64,000 nt of DNA from Blastocatellales bacterium (GCA_050187295.1 JBFWXQ010000016.1:25944-89943), one strand, 5' to 3'. Numbered from the stretch's first letter, positions 31,162 to 41,668 are shown. Notes: generated by a model not told the origin, from the sequence alone. A program made the numbers and translations.

Positions 31162-32961
31162 TTAAACCTCAAGTCCGACAGCGCGCATCAATTCCAGCGC
31201 GTTGCTACGTTGGACGACGCCAGAACGCATGCGGTAATCGAAAATCATTTGGCCATTTTCCAGCCGGTCTTCGAAGTGAACGTTTTCGCTGCGATTGCCA
31301 AGCGTATCGGCGATGCGAGTCAAAGCCAGATCGTGAGTAGTGACCAGGCCAATAGCTCCGCGTTCGACCAATCCGCGCACGACAGCTTCGGCGCCGATTC
31401 GCCGGTCGTGCGAGTTTGTCCCGCTCAGAATTTCGTCCAGCAAAAACAGCAACGGCAATTCGCCTTCGGTCAGTTCGACAATCTGTTTCAAGCGAGTGAT
31501 TTCGGCATAAAACCGCGAAGCGCCGGTTTGCAACGAATCCAGAATGTGAATCGAAGCGCCGATGGCCAGCGGCGAAACCCGCAAGCTTCGAGCGCAAACC
31601 GTAGCCCCAGCCAATGCCAAAACCACGTTGATACCGACCGTTCGCATCAGAGTGCTTTTGCCAGACATGTTCGATCCGCTGACAATCAGCAAACGGCGTT
31701 CATCGTCAAGTCTGACATCATTACGAATGCATCGCGATTCCGGCAGCAACGGATGACCCAGGGCTTGACCCTCAAAGCAGGTTTCGTTTTCGACGATTTC
31801 AGGAAAAGGATTTTGCGGACGCTCGAAAGCGAAATTGGCCAGCGCATTCAAGGCTTCGATTTCGCCGACTGCGTCGAGCCATTCGGAAATGTGTGATCCT
31901 GAAATTTGCCGCCAACGCTCAACGCCAAAAGCCACTTGCGCTGGCAACAGCAGCAGGAAAGCTATCGGCGCAAAGAACTGATTTTTCGTCCAGCCCAGAA
32001 CTTCCACCAGACGATGCAATTTGGCTATCTGCCGTGATGGCGGCAATCCTTCGGTATCCAGCCGGGCACGAAGCTGCGCCAGTTTCGGCGAATCAAACGG
32101 CTCGCGTTCCAATCGCTCCAGGATTTCGGCCAGCAAATCCAGATCGCGCACAGGACGCTCGACGGCGGAAATCACTTCCGCCACCTGTTGGCGATACCGG
32201 CCATAAAACAGCAGCAAAAACAAAATCGCGACCAGGGCAGGCAGTCGAAAACCAAAGGCTATCCAACCGGCGACAGTCCCGACTGCCAGCAATCCAGTGA
32301 CAGCCGCAACCGCGGTCAAAACGCCGATTTGCGACAATTGAAAAACAGCTTTGTTTTTCCCCCAGGCTTCGATTTCTTCGGTGTGAACTCCGGTGCGAAC
32401 TTCAGCGCCGAGCAAAGCCAGGTCTTCGCGCAAATCCAACCGCGAGCGCAATTCTTCAACCGCCGATTGACGCAATCGAATTTCTTCGACCGCGGCAGGC
32501 GATTTCAACCATCCGGCCAGCTTCTCTTCGCCAGCTCGCGTTCGCGCGGTCGAAAGCAATTCAAATAACGATCCTTTGCCGAACAAATCCAGGTCTTCGG
32601 CGTAAAGGTGAGCGGCGTCGGCAAACTGTTCGCCTGTTTCGCCCGTTCCGATCCAGTTATCATCCAAACGCGCCAGACCGCGCTCGTAAAATTTCACCGA
32701 CCGGGTCAATCGTTCGACTTCGCCCAGCAGGCCTTGATGCAGAACCATCAGCGCAATGAAAGCGACGATCGGCAACGCAATCCACCACCACGAAATATGA
32801 TCATCGAAAGCCAGCACAGCCATCACGGCGATGACGACAAACAGAATCCGCCGCGCAACCCAGATGTTGCTGCTGCGGCGCAGTTTGGCGGCGAGCATCG
32901 TGCGGCGCTCTTCCAACCTTTGACTATATTCAATTCGAGGATCGTTCAAAAGCTTTTCCAA
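31162..32961 (-). CDS. Membrane-anchored MutS-domain-V (MutS-related) ATPase
   Basis: N-terminal and central TM helices, then a C-terminal MutS ABC-ATPase domain (LLIVSGSNMSGKSTLMRTVGINVVLA, LFLLDEILSGTN, TTHD). Confidence 0.65.
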   Translation of the reverse strand: MEKLLNDPRIEYSQRLEERRTMLAAKLRRSSNIWVARRILFVVIAVMAVLAFDDHISWWWIALPIVAFIALMVLHQGLLGEVERLTRSVKFYERGLARLDDNWIGTGETGEQFADAAHLYAEDLDLFGKGSLFELLSTARTRAGEEKLAGWLKSPAAVEEIRLRQSAVEELRSRLDLREDLALLGAEVRTGVHTEEIEAWGKNKAVFQLSQIGVLTAVAAVTGLLAVGTVAGWIAFGFRLPALVAILFLLLFYGRYRQQVAEVISAVERPVRDLDLLAEILERLEREPFDSPKLAQLRARLDTEGLPPSRQIAKLHRLVEVLGWTKNQFFAPIAFLLLLPAQVAFGVERWRQISGSHISEWLDAVGEIEALNALANFAFERPQNPFPEIVENETCFEGQALGHPLLPESRCIRNDVRLDDERRLLIVSGSNMSGKSTLMRTVGINVVLALAGATVCARSLRVSPLAIGASIHILDSLQTGASRFYAEITRLKQIVELTEGELPLLFLLDEILSGTNSHDRRIGAEAVVRGLVERGAIGLVTTHDLALTRIADTLGNRSENVHFEDRLENGQMIFDYRMRSGVVQRSNALELMRAVGLEV

Positions 32962-32973
32962 AATCTTCTTCCG

Positions 32974-35121
32974 TCATTTCTTCGGCAAGGCAAACGCCAC
33001 GTAACTGCCGCCCGAGGCTGAGCCTTTGCCGCCTCCGCAGGCGATGACGATGAATTGGCGTCCGCCGGCTTCGTACATCGCCGGTGTCGCGTTGCCAGCC
33101 GCGGGCAGTTCTGTTTCCCATAACAATTGTCCGGTCAGTTTATCGAAGACGCGAAACTTTTTGTCGTAATTTGTCGCGGCGATAAAGAACAAACCGTTTT
33201 TGGTGACAATGCCTCCGCCGTAATTTTCGCTGCCGGTGTTTTTCATTCCCTTCGCGGCCAGCGCTGGATATTCGCCGAAAGGAATCTGCCACTTGATTTT
33301 GCCGGAATTCAAATCAATCGCGTTCAGCGTTCCCCACGGCGTGGCGATGGCCGGATAACCTTCGTTGTCCAGAAATTTGTTGTAACCGGTGTGCGTGTAT
33401 TTCAAATCAATCGGGTTCGCGGGCAAATCCACTACTTCTTTCGAAACGACGGTGTCCTTGCCTGACAGTACGTACATGGTAATCGCCTGAATCGCATCGC
33501 CGCCCAATCTGGCAAATCCAGGCATGCGCCCCAGACCATTGCGAATCAAACCACGCAAATCCTGATCGCCCATCTTGCTGGCCAGATTTTTCAACGAAGG
33601 AAATTCCGGCGGCGAACCGCTCATGTCTTTTTGGTGACAGTTGGCGCAATTTGCTTCGTAAAGCGATTTTCCGCTGACCTGTTTGGCTTTGGCGCGCGGA
33701 ACCAGTTGCAGTATCCAGGCCATCTCGTTGGCATTGACGTAAAGCAATCCGGTTTCAGGATCGAAAGCCGCGCCGCCCCATTCTCCGCCGCCATCGTAAC
33801 CAGGAAAGATGATTGTTCCTTCAAAACTCGGCGGTTCAAATTGCCCGTTGCTGCGAATCTTGCGGAATTTGTCGAGCGCGAATTGATGAGCTTCGGGCGT
33901 ACGTTTGGTCAGCATATCTTCGGTCAATCGCTGCCTTGCGAAAGGTTCAGGCAAAGAAGGCAGCGGTTGGGTTTCAGCCAGCTTTTCGCCCTCAACCTCA
34001 GATTGCGGATATTTTCGGTATTCAATCGGGAACAATGGTTTGCCGGTCGCCCGCTCAAACAGATAAACGTGGCCGGATTTGGTGATCTGAGCGATGGCGT
34101 CAATATTGCGCCCGTTTCGTTTGACCGTTACCAATGCAGGGGCTGACGGAAAATCTCGATCCCAGACATCGTGTTTGATCGCCTGAAAATGCCAGATACG
34201 TTTGCCAGTGTTGGCGTCCAGACAAAGCAATGTATTGGCAAACAAATTATCGCCGTGGCGATTCGCTCCGTAAAAATCGAAGGCCGATGAACCGGTCGGA
34301 ACAAAAACCAAACCGCGTTTCTGATCAACAACCAGTCCAGCCCAATTGTTGGCTCCTCCCAAAAAAGAACGCGCATCTTTCGGCCAAGTGTCGGCGCCGA
34401 GTTCGCCCGCAGCCGGAATCGTGCGAAAGCTCCAGCGCAATTTTCCCGTTCGCAAATCGTAAGCGCGAATGTCGCCCGGCGCGGCAGGCAAACCTTCGCT
34501 GACCAGGCTGCCGATGATCAGCATGTCTTTGAACACCACGCCCGGCGTGGTCAGCATCACCGTCAAACCGTCAATCTGCTGGCGTCCCAAATCCTTGCGC
34601 AGATCAATCCAGCCGCCTTCGCCAAAGGATTTGACCGGCTGGCCGTCTTTGGCATCCAGCGCGTACATACGATTGCGATAACCGACGAACAATCGTTTCT
34701 CGTTTCCATCCTGCCAAAAAGTCAGTCCGCGATTGCGCATCTTGCCGAAACCCTTGCGGCCTTCATTCGGATCGAAGCCCCAAATCTCTTTGCCGGTCGA
34801 TGCGTCCAGCGCCACTATCCGCAATTTCGGCGTCGTGGCGTACAGCACTCCATCAACGACAATCGGATTGCACTGCATCTCCGAACCGTCGAATTCATCG
34901 CCACTGTCGTAACGCCAGGCGATTTCCAACCGGCCGACGTTTTCGCGCGTGATCTGAGACAGTTCGGAATAATGAATGTTTTCTTCGCCGCCGCCGAACA
35001 TTCGCCATTCGCGGTATCTGGTCGAAGTCTTACCGCTTTGCGCTTGCGTGCCGTAAACGAAAAAGCCCAAGCCGGCCATCAACGCGACGGCGATTCCAAG
35101 TTTCAATGTTTTCATAAGCAT
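32974..35121 (-). CDS. PQQ-dependent dehydrogenase (eight-bladed propeller, alcohol-dehydrogenase-like) with an internal mono-haem cytochrome c domain
   Basis: C-terminal [12 protein letters not shown]...YVAFALP blade typical of PQQ-ADH; CANCH haem-binding motif; signal peptide. Probable start ATG 35121 (or 35115); the ORF track extends to 35229. Confidence 0.6.
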   Translation of the reverse strand: MLMKTLKLGIAVALMAGLGFFVYGTQAQSGKTSTRYREWRMFGGGEENIHYSELSQITRENVGRLEIAWRYDSGDEFDGSEMQCNPIVVDGVLYATTPKLRIVALDASTGKEIWGFDPNEGRKGFGKMRNRGLTFWQDGNEKRLFVGYRNRMYALDAKDGQPVKSFGEGGWIDLRKDLGRQQIDGLTVMLTTPGVVFKDMLIIGSLVSEGLPAAPGDIRAYDLRTGKLRWSFRTIPAAGELGADTWPKDARSFLGGANNWAGLVVDQKRGLVFVPTGSSAFDFYGANRHGDNLFANTLLCLDANTGKRIWHFQAIKHDVWDRDFPSAPALVTVKRNGRNIDAIAQITKSGHVYLFERATGKPLFPIEYRKYPQSEVEGEKLAETQPLPSLPEPFARQRLTEDMLTKRTPEAHQFALDKFRKIRSNGQFEPPSFEGTIIFPGYDGGGEWGGAAFDPETGLLYVNANEMAWILQLVPRAKAKQVSGKSLYEANCANCHQKDMSGSPPEFPSLKNLASKMGDQDLRGLIRNGLGRMPGFARLGGDAIQAITMYVLSGKDTVVSKEVVDLPANPIDLKYTHTGYNKFLDNEGYPAIATPWGTLNAIDLNSGKIKWQIPFGEYPALAAKGMKNTGSENYGGGIVTKNGLFFIAATNYDKKFRVFDKLTGQLLWETELPAAGNATPAMYEAGGRQFIVIACGGGKGSASGGSYVAFALPKK

Positions 35122-35422
35122 TTTCCGGGAGTTGGGATTGAGTAACGCGTGCAGACTGTAGTGGCGAGAAGTTCGGATTTCAAGGCAGAAAATTTTGTGC
35201 TGCGGCTTTGGAAGCAATTGCCAATTCAACGGGAGACTGCTGATACCTGAAACCCGACTTCTGATTCCCGATGATTCCCAAAAAATCTCTGCGGCATTAG
35301 CCTTTTAAATCGGTTTGCACTTGAATGTACGGTGGACTGTCCAGTCTGCCGATGTCTCGGCCAGCGTGCGACTGCGGCAGGCTAAACAGCCTACCGTACA
35401 CTGATTTGAAATCTGATCTAAG

Positions 35423-35460
35423 TTTCTCAGGTCTCAGGATCGAGGTTTCAGGTTTCAGGA
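35423..35460. repeat. Tandem heptamer array TYTCAGG x5 (CCTGARA on the gene strand), 30 nt after the acyl-CoA dehydrogenase stop
   Basis: tttctcag gtctcag gatcgag gtttcag gtttcag ga; a 16-bp imperfect inverted repeat (35324-35339 / 35387-35402) lies just beyond. Confidence 0.6.
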
Positions 35461-35492
35461 TTTACTTCGCCGAGCTATCAGGTTTTCGACAA

Positions 35493-36662
35493 TCAAAATT
35501 TCATCTGTCTGGCGGCAAGGTCTTTCATTATCTCTTCGGCGCCGCCGCCGATCATGTTCACTTTGACTTCGCGGTAGATGCGTTCGACGCGTTCGCCGCG
35601 CATATAACCCATCCCGCCCAGAATCTGCACCGCTTGATCTGCGCAGAACTGCATCGTTTGCGTGGCCAGATTTTTCAGCATGCAGGTTTGCGCCACCAAC
35701 AGATTCGGATCGCCCGCGCGATTTTCGACCCGCCAGGCCAGGTCTTCCAGCAGCGCGCGCGTTGATTCGATCTTCATCGCCATATCAACCAGCTTGTGGC
35801 GAATGACCTGGCGTTCGATCAGCGGTTGGCCGAAAGTCTTGCGCTGGCGCGCCCAACTGAGAGCGTCTTCAAAACAGACCTTGGCGAATCCGCAAGCTCC
35901 AGCCGCCATTCCCAGACGTTCTGAATTGAAGTTGTGCATGATGATGCGGAAACCCTGATTCTCTTCTCCGATCAAATTGGCAACCGGCACTCGGCAATTT
36001 TCAAAATACAGATGAGCCGTATCCGAAGCCCACCAACCCATTTTCTTGAGCGGCGTTCGGGTAAAGCCCGGCGTATCGAGTTCGATGAGCAACAAGGAAA
36101 CTCCCCCGGCGCTTTTATCGTCCGGATTGGTGCGAACCGCAGTGGTGAAATAATCGCCGCGAATGCCTGAGGTGATGAAGGTCTTTTCGCCGTTGACGAT
36201 GTAATGATCGCCGTGACGAATGGCGGTAGTTTTGATCCCGGCCACGTCCGAACCGCCAGAAGGTTCTGTGATGGCCAAAGCCGAAATCTTCTCCCCGCTC
36301 AGAATTTGCGGCAACACGCGCGCTTTCATCTCCCGGCTTCCGGCTTTCAGAATCGGCGGAGCGCCAATCGAATGCGACATCAACGAAGCCGAAAGGCCTC
36401 CGCTGCCAGCGCGCGCCAGTTCGTCAGAAGCGATGATTGAATAAAAAATGTCCGCCGGAGTTCCGCCGTATTCTTCAGGATAGCCCAATCCCAACAGACC
36501 AATCGCCGCCGCTTTGCGATAAAGCTCGCGCGGAAACTCTTCGGCCTCGTCCCATTCGCCGGCGAACGGAGCGATTTCGCGAGCGACAAACTCCCGCATC
36601 GTCGCGCGAAACTGTTCGTGCTCCGGCGTGTAATAATTCGGATTCGGTTGCAGATTGAGCAT
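35493..36662 (-). CDS. Acyl-CoA dehydrogenase
   Basis: 389 aa; canonical ACAD N-terminal, middle and C-terminal domain motifs (YPEEYGG, GGMGYMRGERVER). Confidence 0.8.
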   Translation of the reverse strand: MLNLQPNPNYYTPEHEQFRATMREFVAREIAPFAGEWDEAEEFPRELYRKAAAIGLLGLGYPEEYGGTPADIFYSIIASDELARAGSGGLSASLMSHSIGAPPILKAGSREMKARVLPQILSGEKISALAITEPSGGSDVAGIKTTAIRHGDHYIVNGEKTFITSGIRGDYFTTAVRTNPDDKSAGGVSLLLIELDTPGFTRTPLKKMGWWASDTAHLYFENCRVPVANLIGEENQGFRIIMHNFNSERLGMAAGACGFAKVCFEDALSWARQRKTFGQPLIERQVIRHKLVDMAMKIESTRALLEDLAWRVENRAGDPNLLVAQTCMLKNLATQTMQFCADQAVQILGGMGYMRGERVERIYREVKVNMIGGGAEEIMKDLAARQMKF

Positions 36663-36766
36663 TATCGAAAGGCTCCGATGTTGGAATAAGCGTCCTACTG
36701 AATGTAGTGGCGCATCGAGAAGTTTTCAAGCGGGTCTGCTCCAAACCATTGAACTGAGCCGATTCA

Positions 36767-37309
36767 ATGCTAATATCCATAACAACCAAAGCATTGAGGT
36801 CAATTGACCGCTTATTTTTGCTGCCACATGGAAAAAAGATGAAATCACCTTCGCAGGAAAAAAACGGTAAGAAAAGCGCAAGCGCTCTGCGCCATCAGCG
36901 TACGTTGATGCCGGATTCCGAACTGCCGCCGGAAGCACAGGAGTTGCGACTGAAATTCCGGGAATGGCATGACAGCTTTCAAACTCGCGCCAAGCGAATG
37001 GCCTTCATTCGCAAACTCTGCCGAAGAATTGCCGAAGCTTATCAGCCGGAAAAGATCATTCTCTTCGGATCGCACGCTTACGGAGAACCAACTCCCGAAT
37101 CGGACGTGGATTTGATGATCGTCATGGATTACGAAGGCAGACCTATTGATCAGATACTGAAAATTCAACGCGATCTGGATTTAGTTACGCCAGTGGATTT
37201 GTTGATTCGCAGACCGAAAGAAGTGAAAGAGCGATTGCAAGACGGCGATATGTTTATCACCGACGTTTTGCAGCGAGGTAAGGTGATGTATGAAAGCGAG
37301 TACGATTGA
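36767..37309 (+). CDS. Minimal nucleotidyltransferase (MNT) antitoxin-like protein; true start probably internal (about 36838 or 36907)
   Basis: KIILFGSHAYGEPTPESDVDLMIV is a Pol-beta-type NTase motif (GS...DxD). Confidence 0.6.
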   Translation: MLISITTKALRSIDRLFLLPHGKKMKSPSQEKNGKKSASALRHQRTLMPDSELPPEAQELRLKFREWHDSFQTRAKRMAFIRKLCRRIAEAYQPEKIILFGSHAYGEPTPESDVDLMIVMDYEGRPIDQILKIQRDLDLVTPVDLLIRRPKEVKERLQDGDMFITDVLQRGKVMYESEYD

Positions 37310-37676
37310 ATGGATAGAAAAAGCCGAAGGCGATTTTGACATGGCATTGCGAGCATACCGCGCCCGCAAACGCCCGAATTACGATGCCGCCTGTTTCCAC
37401 GCCCAACAATGCATTGAAAAATACCTGAAAGCCCGATTGAACGAAGCCGGGATTGTTATCCAGAAAACTCACAATCTGGTTGACCTGTTGAATGACGTTT
37501 TACCCGCCGAGCCAACCTGGGCAACATTGCACATTACGCTCGCAACCTTGACAAAGTACGCTGTCCTTTACCGATACCCAGGCTACGATGCGACCAAGCT
37601 TGAAGCCAAAACTGCCATCAAAGATTGCCGCAATGTTCGTCGAATCATACGCACGGTTTTTGGATTGCCAGTTTGA
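37290..37676 (+). CDS. HEPN-domain protein (toxin partner of the MNT)
   Basis: 128 aa; HAQQCIEKYLKA...KTHNLVDL HEPN-like Rx4-6H region; 20-nt overlap with the MNT gene. Confidence 0.6.
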   Translation: MKASTIEWIEKAEGDFDMALRAYRARKRPNYDAACFHAQQCIEKYLKARLNEAGIVIQKTHNLVDLLNDVLPAEPTWATLHITLATLTKYAVLYRYPGYDATKLEAKTAIKDCRNVRRIIRTVFGLPV

Positions 37677-37714
37677 GACAGCAAGCAAACCATAAGAGAT
37701 AAACTCAATCGAGT

Positions 37715-40700
37715 TCATTCACCATTCACTGCCTTTCGCAAAGTTCGTCCAGCCAGCGCGCCATTGTATTTGCTGTTTTCCACAGACAGTTTGCCGTTGA
37801 CGAAAATGAAGCGCAAGCCTTCGGCTTGTAGCTCCGGCTGGTCGTAAGTCGAACGGTCGGCGATGGTCTTCGGATCGAAGACAACCACATCAGCAAACCA
37901 GCCTTCGGCCAGTTTGCCGCGATTGCGCAGGTGAAAGGTTTCGGCGACTTGCGAACTGCTGGCCTGGATCATTCGCTCCATTGAAATGATTTTGCGGTTC
38001 AAAACGTATTCGCGAATCTTGCGCGGATACGTTCCCCATTTGCGCGGATGACCGCCAGAACCGTCAGAGCCGGTCATCACCCAAGGCTGACCCATGAAAT
38101 TTTCAATGTCGGCTTCGGTCATGTTGAACGAAGTCACTCCGGCGTTTCCGGCTTTGATAATTTCCAGAGCCGTTTCAACCGGCGATTTGCCGCGCGCGCG
38201 AGCGATTTCGTCCAGACGTTTGCCGACCAGATTGCGGTCGGCTCCGCCGCGAATCAACAGAGAGTTCGCGCCGCCGCGTCGTTTCAAATTCACTTCCATT
38301 TCGGCAATCAGCTTCGGACGAATGGCCGGATCGTCAATGCGTTTGAGCATTTCCTGCCTGCCGCCGGCTTCGGCCCAACGAGGCAGCAGCGCTGCGCTCA
38401 ACCCCGTCCCCGAAGCGATGTAAGGATATTGATTGGCCGTGACGTTGACGCCTTCAGCGCGAGCGCGGTTGATCAGCGCAATGGCCTCCCCGCTTTTGCC
38501 CCAGACATCCGCGCCCAGAGCTTTGATGTGAGAGATGTGAACCGGAATGCGGGCTTCGCGTCCGATGCGAATGACCTCCTCAATCGAACCGAGCAGGCCA
38601 ATGGTGTAAGAGCTTTCATCGCGTTGATGCGTGTCGTAAACGCCGCCGAATTCAGCGGCGATTTTGGCCAGTTCGATGACTTCTTCGGTTTTTGAATAAC
38701 TGCCCGGCGCGTAATACAAACCTGTCGAAAGCCCAATCGCGCCTTCGATCATTCCCTGCCGCACCAGAGCTTTCATCTTTTCCAGTTGCTCAGCCGTTGG
38801 CGCAGCATCAACCGATCCCATCACCGCCTGTCGAACCGCGTTGTGACCGACGAAGGAAGCGACGTTTGTGCCGATGCCTTGCGTTTGCAATTGCTGCAAA
38901 GCTTTGCCGAGCGGTATCCGGCTGCGTCCATCGCTGCCGATGAAAACGGTCGTCACTCCCTGAGTCAGAAAGGCCAGATTCGCGTTTCGCTTGGGATCAA
39001 AAAGATCCTCGTCGGCGTGCGTATGCGGATCAATGAAACCGGGAGCGACGATCAAACCTGCGGCGTCAATCACGCGGTCGGCTTGAACGTTCGCGGTTGC
39101 GGCATCGCCGACGAACGTGAGGCGGTCGCCGGTGATGCCGACATCTGCCTTTATTGCCGGACTGCCGGTGCCGTCAATCACACTGCCGCCGCGAATCAGC
39201 GTGTCAACTTTTGCGGTTTTAGGTTTGGCAGTTTTCAGGTGGCGTTCAAAGAAATCAAACGAAGCTTTGTAAATTTTGACCCAATGCCGATGCAGCAAAA
39301 AGTCATGAACTTCGTCGGGGAAGACAATCGTTTCGTGCGGAACATTCTGTTCGCGCAATCGGCGGACAAGATCAACCGTTTGCGAAAAAGCCACGTTGCG
39401 GTCGTCGTCGCCATGAATCAGCAAAACCGGGGAGCGCCATTTTTCAACCGAACTGACCGGCGAAGCTTCAAAGGCGATTTTCACCGCGTCGCGATTGCCG
39501 TATTCGACCCAGTTGGCGTTTGAAAGTCGCACCGACCAATCGTGAACTCCATGCAGATCAACTCCGGCGGCGAACAAGTCCGAATTGCGAGCCAATCCAA
39601 GAGCAGTCAAATACCCACCATAACTGCCTCCCCACAAACCAATGCGAGCCGGATCAATGTCCGCGCGCGAACGCAGGAATTGCGCTCCGGCGACTATGTC
39701 CTGATATTCCGAAGCTCCGCGACCGCCGCCGTTCTTGGCCTGTCGAAAAGCACGACCATAACCAATGCCCAGACGGTAATTGACTGACAAGACGGCGTAA
39801 CCACGGCTCGCCAAAAACTGATTGAAGCCGTAAGCATTGTGGTAGTAGTACCGATTATGCCAACCCAGAAACATCTGCCGCATCGGGCCTCCGTGCATGA
39901 ATATCACCGCAGGCAATTTGTCCGAAGGTTTGGCGTCTTTGGGCAGGAACAATTGCCCGTGAATTTCCTGGCCGTCGGCAGCTTTGAATATGACTTGCTG
40001 TGGTTTTACGAGATTCTTTGCCGAAAATAAGTTTTCGTTCTCAAACCTGAGCTTTAGATTCACTCCGTATGCTTCAGATTCCGGATTAATCTGATTGAAT
40101 GTCGAAATGGAGATTCTACCTGGCGCAAATGCATCGGATTCAAAATAACAGAGTTTGTTCCCGTTGCCTGTAATGGTTGGTTGCCATTGAATGCTTTCAT
40201 CTCTTTGCGGCCCGTTTGGCGTCGCAAGATTGCCAGTAAGCGAGTAGGGCTGGCCGCCCGTAACAGGAGTGCGCCAGAGATGACGACGATCAATGTCTTC
40301 GTGATTTGAAGAGTAAACGACGTAACGACGATTGGGGCTGAAGTTCATTGTTTCAATTTCACTGGCAGTCGGAGAAAGTGCTATTACTTCGCCTCCACTG
40401 GCCGCAATCGAATAGAGCCGCATCCAGCCGTCCATTTCCGAAGCGAAGACCAGCCGATTATCCGCAGCCCATTGCAACAGGTTTTCTCCAGCCATTCGCG
40501 GCGGGCTGTCTTCCGGGCGATTGCCGCTGCGCCAGATTTCTTTGGCGATTCCTGTTCCGGCGTCGGCTACCCAGATCGTCCAGGGATCGGGCGCGTCCTG
40601 CGTCAACGAACGAGGAGCGTTGCCGCGAGCCGGTTGGCGAATGAACGCAATCCGCTTTCCGTCCAAAGACCATCGCGGCGCGGAGTCGCGGTCAACCGAA

Positions 40701-41389
40701 GGCGAGATGTAACGAATCGTCTGTTTTTCAAAATCGTAAACGCCGATGTAGCTGTGAGTGCCGCGCGAACTGTTGAACGCCAGTTGTTTTCCGTCCGGCG
40801 ACCATTGCGGCGTGATGTTGATGCCGCGCGCAACGAAAAGCTGATGAGGTTCGGAACCGGCGGCGATTTCGACAATGCCGATTTGCCGGTTGCGGTTGTA
40901 TACGACGCGGTAATCGGTGGGCGAAACAACCGGAGAATCGCCTTCGGCCAATGTCACTGTGCGACCGCTGGCGACTTCGACGGCCAGAATTTCCTGCTTT
41001 GCGCCTGCTGTGTCGCTGGTTGGATTCGGAACTTCGCCCGCCGAGTTTTCTCCGCCGCCGCGCACAAACACTATCCATTTGCCGTCGTGAGTGAAAACCG
41101 GATCTGTGATTTCCTGCCCGGTGTCTTCGTTGTATTGCGTCAATTGCCGAGCCTTGAAATCAGGCCCGTCCGCAACCCAGATGTTGCGCTTGCCTTCGGC
41201 GTCAAAAACCCAGGCAATGCGCTCGCCAACCGGCGCGGCAATCAGGTCTGAGGGAAAGGGTGAGCTAAGAACCTGTTCAATCGTGAAGCCGCCGCTTTGC
41301 TGAGCAGTCGCGCGAGCGAAGTTAAACCACACAGCGCCAGCGATAAAAGCAACGGCGCAGAACGAAACAAGAATCCGTCTGATCTTCAT
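37715..41389 (-). CDS. Secreted three-module protein: TolB-like WD40 beta-propeller, prolyl-oligopeptidase-family (S9) peptidase, and C-terminal N-acyl-D-amino-acid deacylase/amidohydrolase
   Basis: Signal peptide from ATG 41389; propeller repeats (SPDGK..AF); S9 GGSYGGY nucleophile motif with HGDDD; C-terminal LIRGGSVIDGTG...APGFIDPHTHAD metal-dependent amidohydrolase motif. Confidence 0.6.
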   Translation of the reverse strand: MKIRRILVSFCAVAFIAGAVWFNFARATAQQSGGFTIEQVLSSPFPSDLIAAPVGERIAWVFDAEGKRNIWVADGPDFKARQLTQYNEDTGQEITDPVFTHDGKWIVFVRGGGENSAGEVPNPTSDTAGAKQEILAVEVASGRTVTLAEGDSPVVSPTDYRVVYNRNRQIGIVEIAAGSEPHQLFVARGINITPQWSPDGKQLAFNSSRGTHSYIGVYDFEKQTIRYISPSVDRDSAPRWSLDGKRIAFIRQPARGNAPRSLTQDAPDPWTIWVADAGTGIAKEIWRSGNRPEDSPPRMAGENLLQWAADNRLVFASEMDGWMRLYSIAASGGEVIALSPTASEIETMNFSPNRRYVVYSSNHEDIDRRHLWRTPVTGGQPYSLTGNLATPNGPQRDESIQWQPTITGNGNKLCYFESDAFAPGRISISTFNQINPESEAYGVNLKLRFENENLFSAKNLVKPQQVIFKAADGQEIHGQLFLPKDAKPSDKLPAVIFMHGGPMRQMFLGWHNRYYYHNAYGFNQFLASRGYAVLSVNYRLGIGYGRAFRQAKNGGGRGASEYQDIVAGAQFLRSRADIDPARIGLWGGSYGGYLTALGLARNSDLFAAGVDLHGVHDWSVRLSNANWVEYGNRDAVKIAFEASPVSSVEKWRSPVLLIHGDDDRNVAFSQTVDLVRRLREQNVPHETIVFPDEVHDFLLHRHWVKIYKASFDFFERHLKTAKPKTAKVDTLIRGGSVIDGTGSPAIKADVGITGDRLTFVGDAATANVQADRVIDAAGLIVAPGFIDPHTHADEDLFDPKRNANLAFLTQGVTTVFIGSDGRSRIPLGKALQQLQTQGIGTNVASFVGHNAVRQAVMGSVDAAPTAEQLEKMKALVRQGMIEGAIGLSTGLYYAPGSYSKTEEVIELAKIAAEFGGVYDTHQRDESSYTIGLLGSIEEVIRIGREARIPVHISHIKALGADVWGKSGEAIALINRARAEGVNVTANQYPYIASGTGLSAALLPRWAEAGGRQEMLKRIDDPAIRPKLIAEMEVNLKRRGGANSLLIRGGADRNLVGKRLDEIARARGKSPVETALEIIKAGNAGVTSFNMTEADIENFMGQPWVMTGSDGSGGHPRKWGTYPRKIREYVLNRKIISMERMIQASSSQVAETFHLRNRGKLAEGWFADVVVFDPKTIADRSTYDQPELQAEGLRFIFVNGKLSVENSKYNGALAGRTLRKAVNGE

Positions 41390-41668
41390 AAGCAATTTTC
41401 CGAGTTGATGGTTGATGTTGGTTTGGCGAAACCTGTCCGGCGCGAACGATAATACAGTGGCGCGTGAGTGACAACCGTCAGAAACCGCCGCGATCAGACT
41501 AATGTAGCCAATTCCAAATTTTTCTATTTGAGTTCTGCAAGAAGTTCGCAAAGCCGCCGTTCATCTGTCACCAACTCCGAAATCACTGGCATTAAACACG
41601 TCTGCCGACGAAACCTCATCGGCAGGCTCAGACAACCATTTTAACAAGCGACATCAGGAGGCAAGTTT

